Shown here: positions 19,724 to 27,917 of the stretch, one piece after another
How positions within the stretch are numbered: the first letter of the stretch is position 1
Layout of the letters: every line of letters starts with the position of its first letter
Source: Occultella glacieicola
GTDB taxonomy: Bacteria; Actinomycetota; Actinomycetes; Actinomycetales; Beutenbergiaceae
Length of the DNA: 64,000 nucleotides
Reading direction: 5' to 3'
Assembly (NCBI RefSeq): GCF_004353825.1
Contig: NZ_SMNA01000003.1
Location: 124,001-188,000 of the forward strand
Made by a program: the position numbers and the translations under genes
The notes under the pieces: generated by a model
The model's database searches: none
Seen by the model: only the letters and a program-made list of their open reading frames with translations
What the model was told of the DNA's origin: nothing

Positions 19724-20418
19724 GTGGGGACGTCACCAACCTCGCCCGGGTGCGGGAGCGGGTCGAGGCGGCCGCCCTCGCGAACGGACGCTCCGCCGTC
19801 GACGTGCGGTTGCTGCTTGCGGTGAAGACGGTCGACGCGACCAGGATCCGGGCATTGCTGGAGGCGAGCGGCCACACCCTGATCGGGCAGAACCGGGCCC
19901 AGGAGCTGACCGCGACGGAGCCGGAACTGGCCGGCGTGCCGCACGAGACGCACTTCATCGGGCACCTGCAGTCGAACAAGGTGAACGCGGTCATGCGCTG
20001 GGTGGACTGCGTGCAGAGCGTGCACTCGGCGCGGCTCGCGGAACGCCTGGACCGGGCCGCGGCCGCGCGTGGCCGGGACCTCGAGGTGTTCGTGCAGGTG
20101 AACACCTCGGGTGAGCCGACGAAGGCAGGGGCGGACCCGGACGAGGCGGGCGACCTGGCCGCCGCCGTCGGAGCCCTGGAGCACCTGCGGTTGCGGGGCT
20201 TCATGACGATCGGGGCCAACTCCCCCGATCCGGGCCGGGTACGCGGCTCCTACGAGGACCTCGCGAAGGTGCGCGACGCCGTCGTCGGCGCCGGCGCGCC
20301 GGGCACCGCGGATGCCCGCGAACTGTCGATGGGAATGAGCGGCGATCTCGAGGTCGCGATCGCCGCCGGGGCGAGCATGGTGCGGGTCGGCTCCGGGGTG
20401 TTCGGCGCCCGGGACTGA
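19720..20418 (+). CDS. yggS: YggS family PLP homeostasis protein
   Basis: LLAVKT, HFIGHLQSNK, GFMTIG, LSMGMSGD, VRVGS; ATGA overlap with the upstream gene. Confidence 0.93.
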   Translation: MSGDVTNLARVRERVEAAALANGRSAVDVRLLLAVKTVDATRIRALLEASGHTLIGQNRAQELTATEPELAGVPHETHFIGHLQSNKVNAVMRWVDCVQSVHSARLAERLDRAAAARGRDLEVFVQVNTSGEPTKAGADPDEAGDLAAAVGALEHLRLRGFMTIGANSPDPGRVRGSYEDLAKVRDAVVGAGAPGTADARELSMGMSGDLEVAIAAGASMVRVGSGVFGARD

Positions 20419-20475
20419 GGGAATACCCACGCGCCGTCGTCGTTGTGCTAGGTGGACAACCGATCGAGGAGAGCA

Positions 20476-20889
20476 ATGCCCACCATCAACGTCACCACCG
20501 ACGAGTTCGAGAAGACCATCACCGACAACAACATCGTCCTGGTCGATTTCTGGGCCTCCTGGTGCGGCCCGTGCCGCCAGTTCGCGCCGGTCTACGAGAA
20601 GTCCTCCGAGACCCACGACGACGTCACCTTCGCGAAGGTGGACACCGAGGCCGAGCAAGCGCTCGCCGCGCAGGCCGGGATCCAGGCGATCCCCACCCTG
20701 ATGGCGTTCCGCGACGGCATCCTCGTCTTCAACCAGGCGGGCGCACTGCCCGGACCGGCGCTCGAGCAGCTCATCGAGGGCGTGAAGGGCCTGGACATGG
20801 ACGAGGTCCGCGCGGAGGTCGCCAAGCAGCAGACGCAGGCCGCGGACGCGACCGGCTCCGAGGACCCCAGCAGCATTCCGACCGCCTGA
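20476..20889 (+). CDS. trxA: Thioredoxin
   Basis: DFWASWCGPC, IPT; GAGGAG RBS. Confidence 0.95.
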   Translation: MPTINVTTDEFEKTITDNNIVLVDFWASWCGPCRQFAPVYEKSSETHDDVTFAKVDTEAEQALAAQAGIQAIPTLMAFRDGILVFNQAGALPGPALEQLIEGVKGLDMDEVRAEVAKQQTQAADATGSEDPSSIPTA

Positions 20890-20930
20890 GCCTCCCCGGC
20901 GCCGCGTGAGGGCGGCCGCCCTCCGCCAGG

Positions 20931-21983
20931 TCAGGGGACCCGTTCGAGCCACTGCGCGGCGGCGAACTTCTCCGTCACGAGCTGCTCGGCGCGGGCGAGC
21001 TCGGTGGGCTTGAGCAGGCCGTCGACCGTGTCGTACCGGGCGCGGAAGTGGTTCTTCATCGACTCGATGATCGCCGCCCGGCTCATCCCGGTCTGGCGGC
21101 GCATCGGGTCGACGCGCTTGTTGGCGGACTTGGTGCCCTTGTCCGAGAGCTTCTCCCGCCCGATCCGCAGCACCTTGAGCATCTTGTCGGCGTCGATGTC
21201 GTAGGACATCGTCGCGTGGTGCAGCACGGTGCCGTTGGCGAGCCGCTTCTGGGCGGCGCCGCCGATCTTGCCCGAGGGCGAGGAGATGTCGTTCAGCGGC
21301 ACGTAGTGCGCGTCCACGCCCATCTCGTTGAGGGCACCGAGGACCCAGTCGTCCAGGAACGCGTAGGACTGCTCGAAGCTGAGCCCGTCCACGAGACTGC
21401 CGGGCACGTACAACGAGTACGAGATCGCGTTGCCGGGCTCCATGAACATGGCGCCGCCCCCGGAGATCCGGCGCACCACCTGGACCCCGAGTTCGTCCGC
21501 GGCCTCCAGGTCCACCTCGTTGCGCAGCGACTGGAACGAGCCGATCACCACGCAGGAGGAGTCCCACTCCCACAGGCGCAGGGTGGGACCGCGCCGCTGC
21601 GCGGCCACCTCCTCCAGCAGCACCTGGTCCAGGGCGAGGTTCACGATCGGGGCGAGCGCCTGCGGGTGCACGATCTCGAACGTGTGGTCGCTCCAGGACG
21701 ACGCCGCCCCGAGCGCCCGGCGGACCGCGATCGCCACGGACTGCGGCGTGAACCCGATCAGGTGCGCGTCCGCGACGGCGGATTCGACCAGGCCGGTCAT
21801 CTGCGCGACCGAGACGTCCGCGCGGAGCCCGGTGAGCGCGGCGTCGATGCGCTCGAGGGCGTCGTCGGGTTCGAGGAAGAAGTCGCCGCTGATGCGGACC
21901 CTGCTCAGGTGGCCATCGAGAACCTCGACGTCGGCCGCCACCAGCTTGCCCTGCGGAACCTTGTATTCACCTCTGGTCACCAC
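20931..21983 (-). CDS. lplA: Lipoate-protein ligase A with N-terminal accessory domain
   Basis: GEYKVPQGKLV, VRRISGGGAMF, KIGGAAQ. Confidence 0.9.
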   Translation of the reverse strand: MVTRGEYKVPQGKLVAADVEVLDGHLSRVRISGDFFLEPDDALERIDAALTGLRADVSVAQMTGLVESAVADAHLIGFTPQSVAIAVRRALGAASSWSDHTFEIVHPQALAPIVNLALDQVLLEEVAAQRRGPTLRLWEWDSSCVVIGSFQSLRNEVDLEAADELGVQVVRRISGGGAMFMEPGNAISYSLYVPGSLVDGLSFEQSYAFLDDWVLGALNEMGVDAHYVPLNDISSPSGKIGGAAQKRLANGTVLHHATMSYDIDADKMLKVLRIGREKLSDKGTKSANKRVDPMRRQTGMSRAAIIESMKNHFRARYDTVDGLLKPTELARAEQLVTEKFAAAQWLERVP

Positions 21984-21989
21984 CTCAGC

Positions 21990-22811
21990 CTAGGCGCCGC
22001 CCGGCTCGACGGCCTCCTCCTGCGGCTCGCCGCAACTGACCGACTGGGCACTGGCGACCGCCGGGTCCTGGGCCGTCGCCCCCTCGGCGACGACCTCGGA
22101 CTCGCCGTTGGACGCGGACGCACCCGTCGCCTCGAGCAGGATCTCGGTGCGGGTCACCTCGAAGGTCGCCCCGTCATCGTCGCTGACGGCGTTCAGGCCC
22201 ACGAGGGCGGGCCCCTCGCCGAGGTCGACGCAACCGACCCCGGTGCCGTACCCGGTGAAGCCGAGGTCGAACGTGTACTGCTCGCCCTGGTCGTTCCGGG
22301 TGGGGACGAGGGTGCAGTCCCGGAAGGCGTACAGCGACACCGAGCGCCCCGTGTTCAACAGGACGATGGCCGAGCCGTCGCCCAGCCGTCCGCCGATCGC
22401 GGTCGCCGCCTGAGGGGCCCCGGACTCGAACTGCGTCACGAACACACCACCCGCGGCCGTGGTGACACCCAGCGTGCGACCGTCGGCGTCGGAGAACCAG
22501 AGTTCGTCGGCCTGACCGTCCCCGTCGAGGTCCACGGTGGGCACGGGCGTCGCGTCCGGAGGCAGTTCGCGGGCGTCGGCGCCGACGGCGGAACAACCCT
22601 CCCCGGTCGCGTCACCGTCGCCGGTGGTGTCCTGGCCCGACGGCGTGCCGGCGTCCGGAGCGCTCGAGCCCTCGCCGTCCGGCTCGGCGGCACCACCGCT
22701 CGGCGGTGGCGAGGTGGCGACGTCATCGCCGGGCGAGCCGCAGCCCGCGACCAGCAGGCTCAGGCCGAGAGCCAGGGCCGCGGACTTCACGCTCCGCCGT
22801 CGGGCCCGCAC
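21990..22811 (-). CDS. Hypothetical lipoprotein
   Basis: LVAGC lipobox, acidic linker, DLDGDGQADE Ca-loop-like motif, four more Cys. Confidence 0.7.
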   Translation of the reverse strand: MRARRRSVKSAALALGLSLLVAGCGSPGDDVATSPPPSGGAAEPDGEGSSAPDAGTPSGQDTTGDGDATGEGCSAVGADARELPPDATPVPTVDLDGDGQADELWFSDADGRTLGVTTAAGGVFVTQFESGAPQAATAIGGRLGDGSAIVLLNTGRSVSLYAFRDCTLVPTRNDQGEQYTFDLGFTGYGTGVGCVDLGEGPALVGLNAVSDDDGATFEVTRTEILLEATGASASNGESEVVAEGATAQDPAVASAQSVSCGEPQEEAVEPGGA

Positions 22812-22813
22812 CC

Positions 22814-24421
22814 TCAGAGCGGGACCACCTGATGGCGGATCAGCCCGTACACGAGCGAGTCCACCAGGGCCTCCCAGGAGGCCTCGAGGATGTTCGTGCC
22901 GACGCCGACGGTGCTCCAGGAGTCCTGGCCGTCGGTCATCTCCAACAGCACCCGGGTGACCGCGTCGGTGCCGTGGGAGGAGTCGAGCAGCCGGACCTTG
23001 TAGTCGATGAGTTCGAAGTCCTCGATCGTCGGGTAGGCCGCCACCAGGGACTGCCGCAGGGCTGCGTCGAGGGCGTTCACGGGGCCGTTCCCCTCGCCCG
23101 TGGAGACCACGCGGGCGTCCCCGGTGTGCAGCTTCACGGTGGCCTCGGCGTTGACCTCACCGGTCGCCTGGGTGTGCTCGACGATCGCCCGCCAGGACTC
23201 GGTCCGGAAGTAGGCGGGTCGGGCGCCGTCGATCTCCTCGCGCAGGAGCAGTTCGAATGAGGCGTCCGCGGCGTCGAAGGTGTACCCGTTCGCCTCGGCG
23301 TCCTTGACCCGTTCGGTGACCCGGCCGAGCAGATCGCCCTGCCCACTGAGGTCGAACCCGAGCTCGCGGCCCTTCAGCTCGATGCTGGCCCGCCCGGCCA
23401 TGTCCGAGACGAGCATGCGCATGTCGTTGCCGACCCTGCGCGGGTCGATGTGCTGGTACAGGTCCGGGTCCACCCGGATGGCGCTCGCGTGCAGGCCCGC
23501 CTTGTGCGCGAACGCGCTTGCCCCGATGTAGGGCTGCCGAGCGAACGGGGCGATGTTCGTGATCTCGCTGACCGCGTGCGCGATTCGGGTGACCTCCTCC
23601 AGGCCCGCACCGCCGAGCACCGGGATCTCCAGCTTGAGCTCGAGGTTCGCGACCACGGCGAGCAGGTCCGCGTTGCCGGTGCGCTCGCCGTAGCCATTCA
23701 CGGTGCCCTGCACGTGGTGGGCGCCGGCGAGGACGGCGGCCATCGAGTTCGCGACCGCGCACCCGGAGTCGTTGTGCGCGTGGATGCCCAGGCGGCCGTC
23801 GGTGCGCGCGCGCACCGAGGAGACGATGTCGTACACCCAGTCCGGCAGCATCCCGCCGTTCGTGTCGCAGAGGGCGACGACGGCGGCCCCGGCCTCGAAC
23901 GCCGTCGTCACCGCGCGCAGGGCGTACTCGGGGTCGAACCGGTATCCGTCGAAGAAGTGCTCGGCGTCGACGATGACCCGACGGCCGGCGTCGGTGAGGT
24001 AGGCGACGGTGTCCGCGATCATGGCGAGGTTCTCCTCGCCGTCGGTGCGCAGGGCGCGCTCCACGTGCCGGATGTCGCTCTTGGCGACGAGCGTGACCGT
24101 GGGGGCGGCGGAGTCGAGGAGGGCCCGCACCTGGGTGTCGGTGTGCGCCCGGCCGCCGGCCTTGCGGGTCGAGCCGAACGCGGCGAGCTCGGCGTTCTTG
24201 AGCTCCAGGTCCTTCTCGGCGCGGGCGAAGAACTCGGTGTCCTTCGGGATCGCACCGGGCCAGCCGCCCTCGATGAACGTCACCCCGAGCTCGTCCAGGA
24301 GCGGGGCGATGGCCAGCTTGTCCGCGACGGAGAGGTTCATCCCCTCCTGCTGGGCGCCATCGCGCAGGGTGGTGTCGTAGACGTGCACATCGGCGACGTC
24401 GGGCTTCGATGCGGTGCTCAT
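22814..24421 (-). CDS. cimA: Citramalate synthase
   Basis: YDTTLRDGAQ, EGGWPG, DAEHFFDG, HAHND, HKAGLH, GNGPVNALD. Confidence 0.93.
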   Translation of the reverse strand: MSTASKPDVADVHVYDTTLRDGAQQEGMNLSVADKLAIAPLLDELGVTFIEGGWPGAIPKDTEFFARAEKDLELKNAELAAFGSTRKAGGRAHTDTQVRALLDSAAPTVTLVAKSDIRHVERALRTDGEENLAMIADTVAYLTDAGRRVIVDAEHFFDGYRFDPEYALRAVTTAFEAGAAVVALCDTNGGMLPDWVYDIVSSVRARTDGRLGIHAHNDSGCAVANSMAAVLAGAHHVQGTVNGYGERTGNADLLAVVANLELKLEIPVLGGAGLEEVTRIAHAVSEITNIAPFARQPYIGASAFAHKAGLHASAIRVDPDLYQHIDPRRVGNDMRMLVSDMAGRASIELKGRELGFDLSGQGDLLGRVTERVKDAEANGYTFDAADASFELLLREEIDGARPAYFRTESWRAIVEHTQATGEVNAEATVKLHTGDARVVSTGEGNGPVNALDAALRQSLVAAYPTIEDFELIDYKVRLLDSSHGTDAVTRVLLEMTDGQDSWSTVGVGTNILEASWEALVDSLVYGLIRHQVVPL

Positions 24422-24547
24422 GATCGTCAGCTTCCGGGTGGTACGGGTCCTGCGGTTCTCCTCGCCTCCGCGCGTGGAACGGGGGTGGGGTGCCACGCGG
24501 ATCGGAGGTACAGCGGCCATCTCGTCGCCGGGATGGGTGGACCCGGC

Positions 24548-24579
24548 AACAAAAAGACCCCCCGGGGTGCGGGAGGTCT
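24548..24579 (-). terminator. Attenuator terminator upstream of cimA
   Basis: Minus strand AGACCTCCCG..CGGGGGGTCT followed by TTTTGTT. Confidence 0.85.
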
Positions 24580-24605
24580 GCGCGTTCGCCGGGCCGGCGA
24601 ACGCG

Positions 24606-24638
24606 CTAGTCGATAATCAGGACGCTGGTGGGCATCAT
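24606..24638 (-). CDS. cimA leader peptide MMPTSVLIID
   Basis: GTC CTG ATT ATC run; stop abuts a 13-bp inverted repeat (24580-24606) and the terminator. Confidence 0.8.
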   Translation of the reverse strand: MMPTSVLIID

Positions 24639-24710
24639 CCGCTCATGATGTCACACCTGCGCCGATGGCGGCGCACCGGGTGTCGCTCGGGCGCCGGGGC
24701 GGGCCTCCGA

Positions 24711-24732
24711 TGTCCGGCTGACGATCTAGCCT
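24711..24732 (+). promoter_or_regulatory. Candidate PafBC (RecA-NDp-type) promoter
   Basis: TGTCCG-N10-TAGCCT, one mismatch to TGTCGG-N10-TA-N3-T, six nt before GTG. Confidence 0.6.
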
Positions 24733-24738
24733 CGGGGT

Positions 24739-26418
24739 GTGGAGATCCTGGTCGCGTCCGAAGCGGGCACCCTGCACGCCCTGACCCTCGACGACGACCT
24801 GACCCCCACGAGCTCCCAGCGGCTGGACCGGGCCGAGTTCGCCGGGTTCGCCGCCTCGGTCGAGGCCGAGCGACCACGCTGGGTCTGGGCGGACACCGCG
24901 GCCCTCTATCCCGAACTGCTCCGGGCGGGCGTGCGCGTTCAACGCTGCCTGGATCTGCGCCTGTGTCACGTGATCCTGCGGCACGCGGCACCGGAGTCGT
25001 TCGACGCCGCCGACGCCTGGGACGTTCCGCTGTTGCCGGAGGTCGACGCCGTGCCGTCGCTGCTGGACGACCTCGAGGACATGGCCCGGCTCGGGGACGT
25101 AGGTCCCGACGACCTGCTCGCCGAGCGGGTCCGCCAGCGCGACGTGCTCGCGACCGTGGCCGACCCGGGCCGGTTGCGGTTCCTCCTCGCGGCGGAGTCC
25201 GCCGGCGCGCTGATCGCCGCGGAGATCGCCCACGACGGACTCCCGTGGGACCTGGGGGCCCACGATGCGATCCTCACCGACGTGCTCGGGCCACGGCCCC
25301 GACCGGGATCGCGGCCGCGACGGCTCGAGGAACTGGCGCGCCAGATCCAGGAGCAGTTGTCCGCGCCGCGGCTGAACCCGGACTCGCCGGTCGACCTGCT
25401 GCGCACGCTGCGCCGGAGCGGCCTCGACGTGAAGAGCACCAGCAAGTGGGAGCTTCGGGAACTCCAGCATCCCGTGGTGGAGCCGCTGCTGGAGTACAAG
25501 CGACTGGCCCGGCTGCTGAGCGCGAACGGCTGGACCTGGATGGACACATGGGTGCGGCCCGGCACCGACGGCCGCCGCGGCCGGTTCTTCCCGGACTACG
25601 TCCCAGGTGGCGTGGTCACCGGGCGGTGGGCCACCAGCGGCGGTGGCGCCCTCCAACTCCCCAAGCAGATCCGGGCGGCGGTGCGGGCCGACCCGGGGTG
25701 GCGCCTCGTCGTGGCCGACGTCGCGCAGATCGAGCCCCGGGTGCTGGCGGCGATGTCCCGCGACGATGCCCTGGCCGCGGCCAGCCGTGGCGCCGACCTC
25801 TACCAGGGACTGGTGGACACCGGCATCGTGGACACCCGCGCCCACGCGAAGGTGGCGATGCTCGGTGCGCTGTACGGGGCGACCACCGGGGAGGCCGGGC
25901 ACCTGATGCCGCGGCTGCTGCGCGCCTATCCCCGCGCGACGGGACTGGTCGAGGACGCCGCCCGGACCGGCGAACGCGGCGGCGTGGTCCACACCTGGCT
26001 CGGCCGGACCTCACCACCACCGCCCGCGGCCTGGCGGGAGACGCAGGGACTGGCCACCCAGCCGGATGCCGGCGAGTCCGCCGAGCGCCGGGCCCGCCAG
26101 CAGGCCCGGGACTGGGGCAGGTTCACCCGCAACTTCGTGGTGCAGGGCACCGCGGCGGAGTGGGCACTGGTCTGGATGGCGCAGATCCGGTTGCGGCTGG
26201 CCGACCTGACGGACCTGACGGACACGGCCGACCGGCCGCACCTCGTCTACTTCCTGCACGACGAGGTGATCGTCCACACCCCCGCCCGGTTGGCCGAGGC
26301 GGTCGCCGAGGCGATCGGGGACGCTTCCGCGGAAGCGGGCCGGCTGCTCTTCGGTGGGTTCGGGGTGGAGTTCCCCTTGGACGTGGCGGTCGTGGAGCAC
26401 TACGGCGAGGCCGAGTGA
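24739..26418 (+). CDS. Accessory family A DNA polymerase lacking a 5' nuclease domain
   Basis: TGRW, motif A VVADVAQIEPR, motif B RAHAKVAMLGALYG, NFVVQGTAAE, motif C LHDEV. Confidence 0.9.
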   Translation: MEILVASEAGTLHALTLDDDLTPTSSQRLDRAEFAGFAASVEAERPRWVWADTAALYPELLRAGVRVQRCLDLRLCHVILRHAAPESFDAADAWDVPLLPEVDAVPSLLDDLEDMARLGDVGPDDLLAERVRQRDVLATVADPGRLRFLLAAESAGALIAAEIAHDGLPWDLGAHDAILTDVLGPRPRPGSRPRRLEELARQIQEQLSAPRLNPDSPVDLLRTLRRSGLDVKSTSKWELRELQHPVVEPLLEYKRLARLLSANGWTWMDTWVRPGTDGRRGRFFPDYVPGGVVTGRWATSGGGALQLPKQIRAAVRADPGWRLVVADVAQIEPRVLAAMSRDDALAAASRGADLYQGLVDTGIVDTRAHAKVAMLGALYGATTGEAGHLMPRLLRAYPRATGLVEDAARTGERGGVVHTWLGRTSPPPPAAWRETQGLATQPDAGESAERRARQQARDWGRFTRNFVVQGTAAEWALVWMAQIRLRLADLTDLTDTADRPHLVYFLHDEVIVHTPARLAEAVAEAIGDASAEAGRLLFGGFGVEFPLDVAVVEHYGEAE

Positions 26419-26425
26419 GCACCGG

Positions 26426-27247
26426 TCAGGGCAACGCCACCTCCTCGATCACCCAGGCGTCGTCGCCGAACCGCGTCGCCACGACGATGCCGGTGTGCAA
26501 CCCGCTCGGTGCCGACGCGGACGTCCCGTCGGCGTAGGTGATCGTCCGGGCGCCCTCCACCACGTCGAGCGTGACCCGGTAGGCACCGGCCGGCCCGGGA
26601 TCGTCGAGATCCGCCGGCGGCTCGGACAGGGGCACCGGGAAGGGTCCGGAGCCGAGGTCCATGCCGTCGACCCGCCAGCCGCCGCCGGACCATACGAGCG
26701 AGACCCGGACCTCGGGGTAGCGGCCGTTCGGCTGCGGCACCTGAGTGCCGTCCCCGGCGATCGTGGTGCTCGGTGCCTGCACGACGTCCAGTTCGACGAT
26801 CCGACGTCCCTCTTCGCCGGCGCTCTCGTCGGTGAACGCGTGCAGGATCTCGACCTCACCGCCGGAGGTCCGGCCGCCCCGGGCATGGAGCGCGGCGGCC
26901 TCGTCGGCGATCCGTGTGCAGTCGGCGCAGTCCTCGGCCGCCATCGCCTCCCACTCGTCCAGATCACCGGAGGTGGACAGGTACGGGAGCAGGCCCACGA
27001 CGTACGCGGCGGCCGCGGCAGCACCCTCGGGACCGGAGTCGTCCATGGCGGCCGTGCGGACCGGCGGTGCGACACCGGCAAGCGTGTTCTTCTCACGGTC
27101 GCCGGCGGTGGCGACGGTGCCCCCGGCGACATCGTTCGGCTGCTCCGCCGACGTACCGCCGTCGCATCCGTGGATCAGCACCAGCGCCGTGAGCACCGTC
27201 ACGGCGGCGGCCGAACGGCGGATCCGAATCCTCGCGCCCGATGTCAT
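26426..27247 (-). CDS. DUF6318 family lipoprotein-like protein with a partial second domain
   Basis: LIHGC possible lipobox; AAMDDSGPEGAAAAA.Y..LL.Y...SGD..EW...CADC. Confidence 0.7.
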   Translation of the reverse strand: MTSGARIRIRRSAAAVTVLTALVLIHGCDGGTSAEQPNDVAGGTVATAGDREKNTLAGVAPPVRTAAMDDSGPEGAAAAAAYVVGLLPYLSTSGDLDEWEAMAAEDCADCTRIADEAAALHARGGRTSGGEVEILHAFTDESAGEEGRRIVELDVVQAPSTTIAGDGTQVPQPNGRYPEVRVSLVWSGGGWRVDGMDLGSGPFPVPLSEPPADLDDPGPAGAYRVTLDVVEGARTITYADGTSASAPSGLHTGIVVATRFGDDAWVIEEVALP

Positions 27248-27253
27248 GCTCGG

Positions 27254-27304
27254 ACGGTAGCCAGGACCGCGCGGGCGCGTGCGAAGCCTGTGGATAACCC
27301 GGTG
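27254..27304 (-). promoter_or_regulatory. Promoter with 19-bp element CACCGGGTTATCCACAGGC and TACCGT -10
   Basis: 18/19 identical to 32152-32170; -10 six nt before ATG. Confidence 0.7.
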
Positions 27305-27441
27305 GTGTATCACCGCCGGGCGCCCGCCCTCCTCACGCTGCGGGGAGCGGAAAGGGATCGGCGATGAGGCCAGTGACAACGGGCCCCGATCCTCGATGCG
27401 GCCGGGGATCCGCTTGGGCCCCGGCCGCGCCGAGCATCGGA

Positions 27442-27789
27442 TCACGCGGCGGACACCTCGTAGGAGAGCGTGTACGACGCGTTGTTGCGGGTGAACTCGC
27501 GCTTGAGCGTGCCCCGGCCCACGTCCGCCTTGCCCTGGATGGTGGCGGTGCCCAGGTCGTCGTTGTTGGAGCCGGCGTCGACCTCGACCAGCTGGACCTG
27601 GACGCTGTTCGTGAAGAACGCCGAGCGCCCGGTCAGGTGGATGTCCCCGCCCTTGGCGATCGTGCCGCCGGCGTTGCCGCCGAACAGCACCTTGCCGCCG
27701 ACGATGACCTGCACCTCGTCCTTCCCGATGGTGTCCTGCTTCTTCTCACAGTGGACCTTGACGAGTTCGAGACGGTACTTCGTGGCCAT
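27442..27789 (-). CDS. Small 115-aa beta-rich hypothetical protein, possibly C2-like
   Basis: MATKYRLELVKVHC..VQLVEVDAGSNNDDLG..YTLSYEV; AAGGAGG RBS; high GC at third codon positions. Confidence 0.75.
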   Translation of the reverse strand: MATKYRLELVKVHCEKKQDTIGKDEVQVIVGGKVLFGGNAGGTIAKGGDIHLTGRSAFFTNSVQVQLVEVDAGSNNDDLGTATIQGKADVGRGTLKREFTRNNASYTLSYEVSAA

Positions 27790-27843
27790 GATGGCCCTCC
27801 TTCTGGGATCTCCGGCCCGGCCGATCCGGGCTGGTGTGCCACC

Positions 27844-27885
27844 ACCGTGACCAGCCGCCGTTGGCGAAACGTTGCGCTGCCGTTG
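27844..27885 (-). promoter_or_regulatory. Candidate SARP-activated promoter
   Basis: CGTTG at 27859, 27870, 27881 (11-bp period) next to a CACGGT -10 on the minus strand (27844-27849). Confidence 0.7.
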
Positions 27886-27917
27886 CCCGCCGGAGCCGGC
27901 CGTACCAGAGGCCGACC

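Noticed and set aside
27289..27297. Perfect DnaA box as a replication origin
   Set aside because: Isolated box, no cluster, no AT-rich unwinding region, no dnaA or dnaN nearby
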